From an uncultured Candidatus Saccharibacteria bacterium (GTDB lineage: Bacteria; Patescibacteriota; Minisyncoccia; Phycocordibacterales; Zambryskibacteraceae): a DNA stretch of 64,000 nt. The position numbers were made by a program, and so were the translations under genes. The notes under the pieces were generated by a model that saw nothing but the letters and a program-made list of their open reading frames with translations, was not told the origin of the DNA and searched no databases. This document shows, piece after piece, positions 1-9,846 of this stretch (positions are counted from its first letter, which is position 1; each line of letters starts with the position of its first letter). The DNA lies in assembly GCA_964355645.1 (NCBI GenBank), contig CAYHDI010000001.1:92897-156896 (forward strand), given 5' to 3'.

Positions 1-1003
1 TGTCACTTGAAATAGATTGGAAACAATCCGTGAGATATCGATGATTCACATTAATAACAAGGTCTGCTCCTTCTATCACCGCCTCAACGGCATAGACATT
101 TTCTCCAACATTATTGTTTTTTGATTCAATTTCAAAGAGTTTTTTAGAAGGAGCGAGGGTTATTCTGAGTTGATTGAGGGAGTCTGAAAAAACAAGGGCT
201 GTTTTCAGAGAGTTAATTAAATCTTGCTTGAGGACAACGGCTTTGGATGTGGTTTCTTTCGGAATAATTTGTTTGTAGTCCGGGAAAACCCCATCAATAA
301 TCCTTGATGTAAGATAAATTCCTCCTCCTCGAAAAGCAATTTGGTTTTCTTCTATAGAAAGAGAGATATCCTCGTTGATTGAATCGAAAACTCGAACGAT
401 TTCCGCTGCGTTTTTTTGAGGAATTAAAACTTGTTTAAAGTTTGGAATTTTTTTTGTTTTTATTTTCTTTTCAGCTAGTCTAAATGAGTCTGTGGATACA
501 AATACGAGATGGTCTTCCTCCCGAGTTAAATAAATGGAAGAGAGCTCAGGCTTCATACTTCCAGTAGAAGCCGCGTACATGACCGATTTGAGGCCAATAA
601 CAAGGTCTTTTGATGGTAGAGAGAAATTCTCTTCGTCTTTTATTTCGGGAATGATTGGAAAATCTTCAGTTGATAAGGTTTTTATGGATGTTTCCGTACT
701 ACTTGTCTCAATGTGTAGGGTTTGGTCTTTAGTATTTAGAATAATACTTTTATCTTTGGTTAATGAATTAAGGAAAGAATTCAAAACATGAGCTGGAACA
801 ACTATTTCCCCAGGTTCAACAATTTTTACCGGGATTGAAATTAAGATTCCTAAATCAAGATTAGTGGCCCGAATGTTTAGAGTATTTTTTTTCGCTTCCA
901 AATAAAGTCCAGAAAGAATCGGGAGGGTTGGATTTCTACCCGCAATCTTTTCCGCTCTCCCCACCGCATCCGCGAGCCTGTCTCTAATGCATTCTATTTT
1001 CAT
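1..1003 (-). CDS. dnaN: DNA polymerase III beta sliding clamp (3' end runs off window)
   Basis: Not in ORF track. ATG at 1003 translates MKIECIRDRLADAVGRAEKIAGRNPTLPILSGLYLEA..IRATNLDLGI (typical beta-clamp N-terminus); lies directly downstream of dnaA. Confidence 0.93.
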   Translation of the reverse strand, partial: MKIECIRDRLADAVGRAEKIAGRNPTLPILSGLYLEAKKNTLNIRATNLDLGILISIPVKIVEPGEIVVPAHVLNSFLNSLTKDKSIILNTKDQTLHIETSSTETSIKTLSTEDFPIIPEIKDEENFSLPSKDLVIGLKSVMYAASTGSMKPELSSIYLTREEDHLVFVSTDSFRLAEKKIKTKKIPNFKQVLIPQKNAAEIVRVFDSINEDISLSIEENQIAFRGGGIYLTSRIIDGVFPDYKQIIPKETTSKAVVLKQDLINSLKTALVFSDSLNQLRITLAPSKKLFEIESKNNNVGENVYAVEAVIEGADLVINVNHRYLTDCFQSISSD

Positions 1004-1213
1004 ATAAATACTTGTTAATACTATTAGTTCTGTGGATAAGTGGATAGCCTATTTAACCAATCATGACAACATATTCTAGACACCGAAAAATTTTTCTTGT
1101 GGATAGCCGAAGAAAAGAAATTTAAACAAAGATTTATTTTTTGAAATAAATCAATTATTCTCATCTTTTCCTGCCCCCTATCAACATGTTTGTACTCGTT
1201 TCTCAACATATTA
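1004..1213. promoter_or_regulatory. Probable oriC (dnaA-dnaN intergenic region)
   Basis: Perfect DnaA box TGTGGATAA at 1031-1039, near-matches at 1039-1047, 1098-1106 and 1178-1186, AT-rich tract ~1110-1160. Confidence 0.75.
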
Positions 1214-2563
1214 TTACACAATTAAAAGATTTCTAATTTGAGCAATCTCTTGAGAAAGAGCCACGTCTTCCTTAAGGTCGTTCTTCATTTTTTCACACGA
1301 ATGGATGACTGTCGTGTGATCTCTCCCCCCCAGTTTTTGACCAATCGACGGATAAGAGATATTAAAATCCTCCCTTAAGAGATACATAATAATTTGTCTC
1401 GGTCGGATAACCTCCTTTCTTCTTGTTTTCTCATAAATACTTTCTTCTTCTATAGAATAAAAATCGGAAACAATCTTCACAATATCCTTTACGGAAACAT
1501 TTCTTTTTGGCTTGGTGCTTGTTTTCACAAAATTTCTTACTTCGTTCATGGTTATTTCCTTCCCCTTGAGTTCGGCGTGGCAAATTAGAGTATTAAGAAT
1601 CCCTTCAAGATCTCTGATGTTCCCGTTCACTGTGTGGGCCAGATAATCAATAATTTCTTGGGAAAGAGCGAGCCCCTGCCCGGAAGCCTTTTTAGTGATA
1701 ATAGCGATTCTAGACTCTTCATCAGGAGGCGGAATGTCTATAACCATTCCGGCTGAAAAGCGAGATTTAAGGCGCTCCTCAAGGCCAGAGATGAAATGAG
1801 GGTTCTTGTCGGACGAGAGAATAATTTGTTTGTTGTTGTCGTAGAGGCTATTAAAAAGATGGAAAAGCTCCTCCTGGAATTTTTGTTTGTCAGTGAAGAA
1901 TTGAACATCGTCCATAATGATGACGTCGTATTTTCGGTATTTCTCCTTGAAAGAAGCCATTTTTTGGTACTGCAAGGCGTTCATACAATCCTGGCAGAAC
2001 CTTTCAGAGGTCATGTAGTAAACTTTCTTGTTTGGATTGGTTTTTTTAATATGGTTACCGATGGCCTGAACCAAATGGGTTTTCCCGTGTCCAGTAGAAC
2101 CGTAGATAAACAAAGGGTTGTATAGCACCCCGGGGTTTTTAATCACAGCCTGGGCGGCCGCATGAGCCAGCTCATTAAAAGGTCCAACAACAAAAGTTTC
2201 AAAGGTATAGCGGGGGTTGAGGTTGTCCTCCTTGTTCACGGTTATTTCAGGAATTGGCAGTTCATTCATTCCTAAATACCCAGAAATGGCTCGGTCTTCT
2301 CTCCTACGAGATTCTTCCTTGTTTATCACATATTCCACGCTATGCACCGAGCTTTCGAGAGAACGAAGAGTTTTAAGAATAGTGTTGTGATATCTCTCAA
2401 GAAGCCACTCCTTCACAAATGCGTTGGGGACAGAAAGAACTATTACCCCACCCTCTTCTTTCACAATACGGGTATCTTTAAACCAAGTAGTGAAATTTGC
2501 TTTTGAAACACCAAGTTCTATTTCGACTAGAACGCTCTGCCAAAGTTGTTTCGGATCAATCAT
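1214..2563 (-). CDS. dnaA: Chromosomal replication initiator DnaA
   Basis: LNPRYTFETFVVG, NPLFIYGSTGHGKTHL Walker A, DDVQF, RLKSRF, GGRDHTTVIHS. Confidence 0.98.
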   Translation of the reverse strand: MIDPKQLWQSVLVEIELGVSKANFTTWFKDTRIVKEEGGVIVLSVPNAFVKEWLLERYHNTILKTLRSLESSVHSVEYVINKEESRRREDRAISGYLGMNELPIPEITVNKEDNLNPRYTFETFVVGPFNELAHAAAQAVIKNPGVLYNPLFIYGSTGHGKTHLVQAIGNHIKKTNPNKKVYYMTSERFCQDCMNALQYQKMASFKEKYRKYDVIIMDDVQFFTDKQKFQEELFHLFNSLYDNNKQIILSSDKNPHFISGLEERLKSRFSAGMVIDIPPPDEESRIAIITKKASGQGLALSQEIIDYLAHTVNGNIRDLEGILNTLICHAELKGKEITMNEVRNFVKTSTKPKRNVSVKDIVKIVSDFYSIEEESIYEKTRRKEVIRPRQIIMYLLREDFNISYPSIGQKLGGRDHTTVIHSCEKMKNDLKEDVALSQEIAQIRNLLIV

Positions 2564-2670
2564 GGTTTTTGTATCAAAGTTCTAGTAGTATATCCTCCGA
2601 GCCAGAGACACAAAACTTGTAAAAGAGCATAAACATGTTTATAATGTGTTTATAACTTACTTCGAAATTC

Positions 2671-2805
2671 ATGTCTATAACATACCAACCAAAGAAAAGA
2701 AAGAGGGCCAGAGCCCATGGATTCAGAAAACGAGCCAAAACCACCGGAGGTCAAAGAGTAGTTAGGGCCCGCCGCAGAAAAGGTCGAACAAAGCTCGCGG
2801 CTTAA
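2671..2805 (+). CDS. rpmH: 50S ribosomal protein L34
   Basis: Below ORF-track cutoff. [44 protein letters not shown], divergent from dnaA and just upstream of rnpA. Confidence 0.96.
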   Translation: MSITYQPKKRKRARAHGFRKRAKTTGGQRVVRARRRKGRTKLAA

Positions 2806-2808
2806 TCC

Positions 2809-3162
2809 ATGCTTCCCAAAAAATTACGAATTCCACGTAAACTTTTTTCAGAGCTTCTTCTTAATTCAAGATATACCAATTCCCCCATTTTCTCGTTGCG
2901 CTTTGTTGTTGATTCTTCAATAAAAGAAACAAGAGTTGGTGTTTCTGTTTCCAAAAAGATTTCCAAAAGCGCGGTGGTTAGAAATAAAGTTCGTCGTCGG
3001 ATTTATGATGCGCTTAAACCAATCATTTCTAATTTTCCGAACGGTCTTTTTCTTTTTATTACCAAACCAGGCATAGAAAAATTCAAAAAAGAAAAATTAG
3101 CCGATGAATTAAAAGGACTTCTAGAAAAAGGGCCGTTTGTTCTGGGAGATAAAAAAAGTTAA
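2809..3162 (+). CDS. rnpA: Ribonuclease P protein component
   Basis: RVGVSVSKKISKSAVVRNKVRRR (RNR-type motif); rpmH-rnpA-yidC synteny. Confidence 0.93.
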   Translation: MLPKKLRIPRKLFSELLLNSRYTNSPIFSLRFVVDSSIKETRVGVSVSKKISKSAVVRNKVRRRIYDALKPIISNFPNGLFLFITKPGIEKFKKEKLADELKGLLEKGPFVLGDKKS

Positions 3163-3176
3163 ACTAATACGACCGA

Positions 3177-3914
3177 ATGACCGCCTTCTATCACATTTTT
3201 ATTCACGATCCCTTGTACAACGGTTTAATTGGTATCTTCACCTTGTTGCCGTGGGCGGACGCTGGTGTGGCCATCATTATTCTCACTTGTGTGGTTCGTC
3301 TTATTCTCTTCCCTCTTTCAAGGAAGGCGGTGCACACTCAAGTGAAGATGCAGGAAATCAATCCGGCTCTGGCTCTAATAAAAGAAAAATACAAAGACAA
3401 TTCTCAAGAACAGGCCAAGAAGACTTTGGAGCTTTATAAAGAAAAAGGGGTTAATCCATTCTCCGGAGTTTTGGTTCTTTTAATCCAACTTCCAATCATT
3501 CTTGCTCTTTATAGAATTTTCTTATATTCAGGATTGCCAGCTGTAAATAGTTCGATCTTGTATTCTTTTATTCATGCTCCCACTCAAATCAATACAGTTT
3601 TCCTTGGGTTAATAAATCTCACTGAAAAAAGTGTGGTCCTCGCTGTTCTTGCCGCCGTCACCACCTTTTTCCAATTAAAATTAGCGGCTCCTATCCCTAC
3701 TAATAAATCAAAAGATGGCTCGAAATCTTTCGGAGACAACCTGGCTCAAAGTATGCAAACCCAAATGAAATATTTTTTCCCAGTCCTCGTGTTTTTTATT
3801 TCATATAAAATCTCCGGAGTGATTGCTCTTTATTGGTTGGTGTCAAACCTCTTCACTATTGGACAGGAAATCGTGGTTAGAAGAAAACTGAAAGCAAAGA
3901 TTAGTTTAGTTTAA
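3177..3914 (+). CDS. yidC: Membrane protein insertase YidC/Oxa1 (short monoderm type)
   Basis: GVAIIILTCVVRLILFPL, ELYKEKGVNPF, LIQLPI, LYWLVSNLFTIGQ. Confidence 0.93.
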   Translation: MTAFYHIFIHDPLYNGLIGIFTLLPWADAGVAIIILTCVVRLILFPLSRKAVHTQVKMQEINPALALIKEKYKDNSQEQAKKTLELYKEKGVNPFSGVLVLLIQLPIILALYRIFLYSGLPAVNSSILYSFIHAPTQINTVFLGLINLTEKSVVLAVLAAVTTFFQLKLAAPIPTNKSKDGSKSFGDNLAQSMQTQMKYFFPVLVFFISYKISGVIALYWLVSNLFTIGQEIVVRRKLKAKISLV

Positions 3915-5127
3915 GCGCCCACAAAGTCAAATCATTTTTATTCATGAAGAAGAGATAATCTTCATTAGGAGAAAGGCTTGGATTAATCAGATCTATATCT
4001 GTTCCAGAGTCTTTTTTAGGTTCAAAAAGAATTTCGCTTGTGTAGGTGATAATACTAAATCTCCAAATTTGATCAGAAAAATGAGTTATCCCTTGATACC
4101 AATTATCAGGTTCACCAGGACCAATAGTTGTGCTTGGAGTTCCACAATACAAAACCCCCGCACTCTTTTTGCTCCAAATACATTTATCTGCAAACGTTGT
4201 GGGCAAAATTTGGTCGCTTAAGCCATCAGACAAGTTTTTAAATTCAAACACAGTCTTACCATTTGAAACATAGGAGTAAACAACCCTCTTCCCGTCCGAG
4301 CTTTCTGAAAAGGTCAAAGCGTTTAATGGCCCAATAATTTTAGTTAATCTTCCTGTCGTTGGATTTAAATTATAAGCGAAACCCGAGACGGCTGAACTGG
4401 CTTTAGTAACCAAACTAACAATATTTGTATTTGGCCAAGACATTCTCCAATCAGTGAATCCAGATGAAAGGAGATTTGTCCCCTTGCTTCCATCAAAGGC
4501 GGAGGAGACAATCGATCCAGAATTTCCTAAAACATAAACCAACAGATTAGTTGGTCCCACAGACACATCTTTGATATCACCGATTAGATTTGTGGCTTTT
4601 ATTGTATACAAACTATCGGTAGTTGTTGCTTTGGGGGCGGTGAGGGACAAAGAAATGTTTTCAACTGTGTCGCTATCCCCTTTCAAATCTCTCAAAAGAA
4701 CTGATGAGCCATCGTTCTTGAAATAAGCCTCTTGGATTTTTGGAAAAGTGGTATTTGTGATTTTAGTTTTTTCTAATGTAATCGGGCTGACATCATAAAT
4801 ATGACCAGTAGCCCGATCTACGTAGCGGACGACCGTCTCCCCAGACTTTTTGTTGAAGGCAACCATTCCGGCGACAGGTTGTTCAGAAACACGAAAGAGT
4901 TTAGCTATGGGTTTCCCTTGAGCATCAAGGCCTGTAGGAGTGTTTTGACCGGTTGAAGTATTTGCTCCGATAGGAATATTTTCTCCACCTTGTCCAAAAG
5001 GTGAACCGGTTCCAGTTGTTGGAATTGCCGGTGTGGTCGGTTTGCTAAAAAAGAAATACCAACTTAAAAAACTAACAATTATTACCGCGACGATTCCGAT
5101 TATTATTACTGTAGTTTTTCTGGTCAT
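3901..5127 (-). CDS. Membrane-anchored extracellular protein, probable beta-propeller
   Basis: N-terminal TM, Pro/Thr linker, TolB/WD40-like strands (LSPNEDYLFF, SSDGKRVVY). Confidence 0.6.
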   Translation of the reverse strand: MTRKTTVIIIGIVAVIIVSFLSWYFFFSKPTTPAIPTTGTGSPFGQGGENIPIGANTSTGQNTPTGLDAQGKPIAKLFRVSEQPVAGMVAFNKKSGETVVRYVDRATGHIYDVSPITLEKTKITNTTFPKIQEAYFKNDGSSVLLRDLKGDSDTVENISLSLTAPKATTTDSLYTIKATNLIGDIKDVSVGPTNLLVYVLGNSGSIVSSAFDGSKGTNLLSSGFTDWRMSWPNTNIVSLVTKASSAVSGFAYNLNPTTGRLTKIIGPLNALTFSESSDGKRVVYSYVSNGKTVFEFKNLSDGLSDQILPTTFADKCIWSKKSAGVLYCGTPSTTIGPGEPDNWYQGITHFSDQIWRFSIITYTSEILFEPKKDSGTDIDLINPSLSPNEDYLFFMNKNDLTLWALKLN

Positions 5128-5130
5128 AAA

Positions 5131-6081
5131 TTAGTAGCTTATATGGAAACTAGGAGCAGTATTATATTTATAGTCCGATGATTTTGAAACGTCCCTCAGA
5201 ATAGCTGGATCTACTCCAGCTGCTGACAAATCATTGTAATTAGCAGTATTGACTTCAAAAATAACCCCAAGATCATTTGTTCTTATAACTTTAGCAAAGG
5301 CATTGATTTCATCTGTCTGCGCTCTAGTTGGTTTCCCCGAAACATACTTATTTGTAGTAAGGTTGGTGTCTATACAACTCCCAATACTATGACAGTTAGC
5401 AGAATGTGGGCTTGTAGTTGGCCACGCTTCCGTGACTTGCCATCCAAATACTATTAGAGAAGCTGCCACTTTTAATTTTTGAAGTAGACCAGCGTTCATT
5501 GATGAATTATTTTTGAAAGACAATCCCTGAATTCCCAAACCGCTTGTGCAATTTATACAAGTACACGGTGCCTTGGTACCGTTTTTGTCTACTACACAAC
5601 TTGAGGTCGCGTTAATTCCCAATGTTTCGGGAGTAGTTGATCCAAGATCTGTACTTATCGGCGCTCCGACTCTTAACCCAGCAATATCAAATTTAAAGGT
5701 AACTAAGTTTGGATTGAGAGTATACAAAATGATGTAAGCACTTATGGCGAGTAGAAGCCCAATGAGAGCATTGTTGATAGTTTCCTTCGCATCACTTTTC
5801 TTTTCGAAAGCATCAGAAGTCATATATTGAATACCGCCCATCATGATTCGAAGAACCGCCAGGGCTCCAGCAATGCCTATGATTAGTTTGATTACCGCGG
5901 GGATGTAAGTGTTTATGTTTACCGGAGTCTTCGCGTTTTCAGAAATTCCAGGAAGTGCAGTCAACGGGCAATAGCCGTCTGGTCCAGGAACACAGGTGGT
6001 TTGTGCATAAATCGGCGCAACGTTCACTAAAAACATAAGAGTGATGAAAGTGAATGCGAAGAATTTAAAAAAAGATTTCAT
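5131..6081 (-). CDS. VirB2/TrbC-like pilin domain fused to a Hedgehog/peptidase M15-like domain
   Basis: Signal peptide; IAGALAVLRIMMGGIQYMTS..AKETINNALIGLLL pilin helices; C-terminal VTEAW..H-x6-D..FHISY. Confidence 0.7.
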   Translation of the reverse strand: MKSFFKFFAFTFITLMFLVNVAPIYAQTTCVPGPDGYCPLTALPGISENAKTPVNINTYIPAVIKLIIGIAGALAVLRIMMGGIQYMTSDAFEKKSDAKETINNALIGLLLAISAYIILYTLNPNLVTFKFDIAGLRVGAPISTDLGSTTPETLGINATSSCVVDKNGTKAPCTCINCTSGLGIQGLSFKNNSSMNAGLLQKLKVAASLIVFGWQVTEAWPTTSPHSANCHSIGSCIDTNLTTNKYVSGKPTRAQTDEINAFAKVIRTNDLGVIFEVNTANYNDLSAAGVDPAILRDVSKSSDYKYNTAPSFHISY

Positions 6082-6082
6082 A

Positions 6083-7102
6083 TTATAAATTATTTTGAAC
6101 ACCAAATTCTATACTCATTGATTTCTCTATGGTTTGAAGAATATTGTTTGAATTTTCTATTTTTAAACCAAGAGTTGAGTTCCCTGCCACCCCTTGTTGG
6201 CCCCGGAGAGTAATAGAGTTTTGGTTTGGGGAGCTAATGTTCGAACCGTTCAGGGTCCAAGTATATTTTAGGGCGCCAGCCTGCAAATCCTTGTTTGAGA
6301 AAAAGTATGGGACCCCGATTACATTTACTTCGGAGGCAGAAAGTTTGAAACCGTTTCCAAGTTCTTGGTTATAAAGAATGCCGAGAAGAGGATTATTCTC
6401 ATAAAAAAGAATTATTGGAAAATCAGGTCGCATGGAGATTGAACTTTTTGTCACAATACTTTTATCAAGGGTAGAGGCCACCACTGAAACATTCATGGGT
6501 AATCCAAGGATAGAATCCACGAGAGTAAGGGAATTTTTCCCCGTACCAGAGAGACTCCCGAGAACGCTCCCATCTTTCGACCAAGTATAAATAACATTTT
6601 TAGGACTCACGACATTTCCATTTTGGTCGATGATGTTTGGTATGGCCACGAAAGTGATACTTCCCTGATTAGTAAACATAGCTCTACCTTTATAAAATGG
6701 TGGTACATATGAATCTCCTTGCCAGAGGAGGTCGACGCTTGCTGGAGTAAGGGTGATGGTTTTTTGAAATGAGTCTCCGTTTGAGGGTTGAATCGAGAGA
6801 TCAACCGAGGTGACAGTGCCTATATTTCCAGTTTTTAATTTCAAAACTTTTTGTCCCATTCCATCCTGAACCGTTTTTCCATTTACAGCCCAAGTGATTT
6901 GAGCACTGTTTAAATCAGTCGAATAGCTTTCAATTCTTATAATCACATCAGTATTTGGCCCAGGGTTCTCCGGGTTTATGCTGACATCAATATTTTCAGA
7001 CAATTGCTGTAAGGCTGCTTCAGGAGAAAGTTGGGCGTGAGTAAAAGCTGGAAGTAGGGAGAAAGAAGAAAGGAGGAGAATAAGTAATATTCTGGATTTC
7101 AT
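6083..7102 (-). CDS. Secreted Ig/PKD-like beta-sandwich protein
   Basis: Signal peptide ending HA-Q; repeated ITWAVNG / YTWSKDG / YTWTLNG motifs. Confidence 0.6.
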   Translation of the reverse strand: MKSRILLILLLSSFSLLPAFTHAQLSPEAALQQLSENIDVSINPENPGPNTDVIIRIESYSTDLNSAQITWAVNGKTVQDGMGQKVLKLKTGNIGTVTSVDLSIQPSNGDSFQKTITLTPASVDLLWQGDSYVPPFYKGRAMFTNQGSITFVAIPNIIDQNGNVVSPKNVIYTWSKDGSVLGSLSGTGKNSLTLVDSILGLPMNVSVVASTLDKSIVTKSSISMRPDFPIILFYENNPLLGILYNQELGNGFKLSASEVNVIGVPYFFSNKDLQAGALKYTWTLNGSNISSPNQNSITLRGQQGVAGNSTLGLKIENSNNILQTIEKSMSIEFGVQNNL

Positions 7103-7120
7103 ACTTCTATTATATACGTT

Positions 7121-7546
7121 CTATAGCGGTTTGTTTAACCTTTTCCCCACGTCCTCTATTTTGTTGGTAATTTTCCCCGCTCTTTCTAAAGATTTATCCA
7201 AAATTGGTAAGGCTTTCTCAATCTTACCCTCAGCTTTGTCCCAAGCCATGATTAGAATTACGTCCAATGTCCAAAGAGGCAGTGCGTCTATAATCGGGAG
7301 CTCTTCTCCAACGAAAGAGGCTATCAGTGAAAGTATTTTCTTGGCATTCAATTTCACTCCCCTCAACCAGAAATAGGCGGGTAATACCATTCCCACTACG
7401 ATATCTATAAATCTGTTAGCAATAACTCCTATAGCAAACATGTCCAAAACAATTTGAACCACATCTACTGTGGCCACAGCCCCAATGACCAATCCCCATT
7501 CGAAGTTTGGTATTTTACTGCCCTGTTGTGGTTGTTGCTCCGGCAT
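7121..7546 (-). CDS. Hypothetical membrane protein in the secretion cluster
   Basis: Three hydrophobic segments, ELPIIDALPLWT motif; overlaps the virB4-like stop. Confidence 0.6.
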   Translation of the reverse strand: MPEQQPQQGSKIPNFEWGLVIGAVATVDVVQIVLDMFAIGVIANRFIDIVVGMVLPAYFWLRGVKLNAKKILSLIASFVGEELPIIDALPLWTLDVILIMAWDKAEGKIEKALPILDKSLERAGKITNKIEDVGKRLNKPL

Positions 7547-9395
7547 TATTTATAGGATTAGGTGACACAATAGGAACTTCCTTTTCTGTTTCAAGTTCCT
7601 GGCGCGCTTTTTTCATGGCAAGGACTTGTGAAGGGTCTGAAGTAATGATTTGGTCCTCGGTGTATGAAGCGATAGCTTTGATGGCCACATGCTTAAGCCC
7701 AGCGAAGAAGATTCCTTCCCCCACATCAGATTCTAGAAGAAGATATTTCTCTTCATCGGTCAGATTAAATGTTTTCTGTAGGTCATCAATAATAGTTGGA
7801 GATTGTTTGAGGAGAATTTGAATCGAAGAGTTTGTGATGATAGGCAAACCGTATGGAGATTTGAGGAAGTCGCCAACGTCTTGAGTGATGGTGGCTATCC
7901 CAAGATAATATTTGCGTCCACGCTTGGCTAGGCCCATGAGGAATGAAGCCGTGTCTTCGGATTTCATCATCCACCACGCTTCGTCTATCACGAGGAGCCT
8001 CTTCTTGAGCTCTTTGCGGATAGCATTCCAGATGAAGTGCATAACGATATACATGGCGATAGGTTTGAGCTCGTCTTCCATGTCTCGCAGAGAGAAGACC
8101 ACGAACTTTTTGTTTATGTCTACATTTGTGGGTCGATTAATGAAGCCGGACCATGTACCTTTCGTGTATTTGGTCAAACGTTGAGCCAGCGATTCTCCTC
8201 CCTCGAGACCGGAGAGAACAAGTTCGAAGTCGGACATGAGAGGAGGCTCAACGGTTCTGAAATCTGATTCAGCGGTGATGTCTTTGAGCGCATAAGTTTC
8301 GGTGATGGCTCGGTCAATAATCGCATCCTCTTCGGCCGTCAGTCCGCCCATCATCAATCTGAACAATCCGACGAGATTAATAATATTTGAACGCAAGACA
8401 TTCGCGCTTGATTCATCCGGACCGGGTACAGGGAGGTCGAACGGATTAATGTGGTGTTCAGAATTAAGAGAGATTTTGAAATATCTTCCACCGGTGGCCT
8501 CGGCCATGTATTCGTATTCATTTTCTGGATCGAGACACAAAACTTCGGTGTCAAACATCAAAGTTCGAAGAATTTCTAGTTTGGTGGCATAAGATTTTCC
8601 TGCCCCAGCCTTCGCGAACATGATTGAGTTGTAGTTTTCGAGGGAGAATCGATCGAAGAGAACGAGAGATGAATTGTGTCTGTTTATCCCGTACAAAATT
8701 CCTTTGTCTGAAGTGAGGTCGAATGAGGTGAATGGGAAGAGTGATGAAAGCGGAGAAGAATTCAATTTAGAATGCACGGCGAGAAGGTCGTTCCCGAGAG
8801 GAAGAGTGCTTTGGTATCCTTGTTCTTGTTGAAAGAGGGCCGGTTTGATATATACAAGCTTCGCATCAAGAATAGATTTGATTTCCGTTTCTACTTTGTC
8901 GAGTTCTGCTTCGTTGTCTGCATAAATAGTGATGTACAAACCAACATCAAAAAGTTTTTCTTGAGCTTGTTGAAGTTGGTCGCGCAAATTCTCGAGGTCT
9001 TGATAAGCCACATCAAGCATTGGGTCACGCACGAGACCTTTGTCTTCTCTCGTATGAATCTGGCTCTGAACCTCGGCTACTTTCTTTTGAAATTGTCTGA
9101 GCACTTTTGAAGTTTCGACCGGGTGAACAAAGATAGAAACGTCGAAAACTTTATCCATGTTGATAATCGGGGCGAACCAACTTTCAGAAAGGAATCTAGG
9201 ATAAGAGATGACGAAGAAACTACGAAGAATCTTTTCTCCAAGGTTTATTTCTTTCGGGGTGACGGAGAGAGCCGAAGGGGCGATGATGTCTTTCAATTCA
9301 AGCACCCCGGCTTGAAATATTTCTTGAGGCAGGATAGAAGCGATGTCCGGCTTCGCGTTTTCTTTCCCTCCAAATAAGTTTGAAAAAAAACTCAT
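7515..9395 (-). CDS. VirB4/TraC-like secretion ATPase
   Basis: AKAGAGKS Walker A, DPENEY, HINPFD, LLVIDEAW Walker B, KRGRKY..ITQ. Confidence 0.9.
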   Translation of the reverse strand: MSFFSNLFGGKENAKPDIASILPQEIFQAGVLELKDIIAPSALSVTPKEINLGEKILRSFFVISYPRFLSESWFAPIINMDKVFDVSIFVHPVETSKVLRQFQKKVAEVQSQIHTREDKGLVRDPMLDVAYQDLENLRDQLQQAQEKLFDVGLYITIYADNEAELDKVETEIKSILDAKLVYIKPALFQQEQGYQSTLPLGNDLLAVHSKLNSSPLSSLFPFTSFDLTSDKGILYGINRHNSSLVLFDRFSLENYNSIMFAKAGAGKSYATKLEILRTLMFDTEVLCLDPENEYEYMAEATGGRYFKISLNSEHHINPFDLPVPGPDESSANVLRSNIINLVGLFRLMMGGLTAEEDAIIDRAITETYALKDITAESDFRTVEPPLMSDFELVLSGLEGGESLAQRLTKYTKGTWSGFINRPTNVDINKKFVVFSLRDMEDELKPIAMYIVMHFIWNAIRKELKKRLLVIDEAWWMMKSEDTASFLMGLAKRGRKYYLGIATITQDVGDFLKSPYGLPIITNSSIQILLKQSPTIIDDLQKTFNLTDEEKYLLLESDVGEGIFFAGLKHVAIKAIASYTEDQIITSDPSQVLAMKKARQELETEKEVPIVSPNPINNAGATTTTGQ

Positions 9396-9404
9396 AGACT
9401 AATT

Positions 9405-9439
9405 ATCAATGAACAATGAACAATAAACAATGGACAGAA
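9405..9439 (+). repeat. Degenerate 7-nt tandem array (AACAATR), left flank of the four-helix-bundle gene
   Basis: atcaatg aacaatg aacaata aacaatg gacagaa. Confidence 0.8.
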
Positions 9440-9443
9440 ATGA

Positions 9444-9803
9444 TCATGTTTTTAATTTTTTCTTAAAACCACCCAATTGCCGGGCAATACTAGACGCTTT
9501 TTCTTTGGCTATCAAGAAGTCTTTTTGATCAATTAGGTTGTTTGTTTTTAGAATGTCAACATTTGCTACTGTTTCATATAAAGAACCCAGCGCTATATCG
9601 AGAAAGTGGGAAAAATCCTTTCTAGAAGCTTTTCCGCTTCCTTCCGCAATATTAAGCACTATTGAGGAACTCGACCTTATCAGTTGAGCACTTAACTCAA
9701 ATCTGTATTCCTTTGGTAATTTTCTTATTATTCCTAGACAAAATGAAGACAAATCCTGGGCATCTTTGTAAACTGGCCAGTCTAGAAAATTGAATTGGTT
9801 CAC
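9444..9803 (-). CDS. Four-helix-bundle protein (23S rRNA IVP / Avd-like family)
   Basis: LPKEYRFELSAQLIRSSSSIVLNIAEGSGK..FLDIALGSLYE signature. Confidence 0.9.
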   Translation of the reverse strand: MNQFNFLDWPVYKDAQDLSSFCLGIIRKLPKEYRFELSAQLIRSSSSIVLNIAEGSGKASRKDFSHFLDIALGSLYETVANVDILKTNNLIDQKDFLIAKEKASSIARQLGGFKKKLKT

Positions 9804-9830
9804 TTGTTAATTGTTTATTATTTATTGTGC
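9803..9830 (-). repeat. Inverted 7-nt tandem array, right flank of the four-helix-bundle gene
   Basis: cttgtta attgttt attattt attgtgc (reverse complement of the AACAAT-type unit). Confidence 0.65.
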
Positions 9831-9846
9831 ATCAAGCCTTTGAAAG

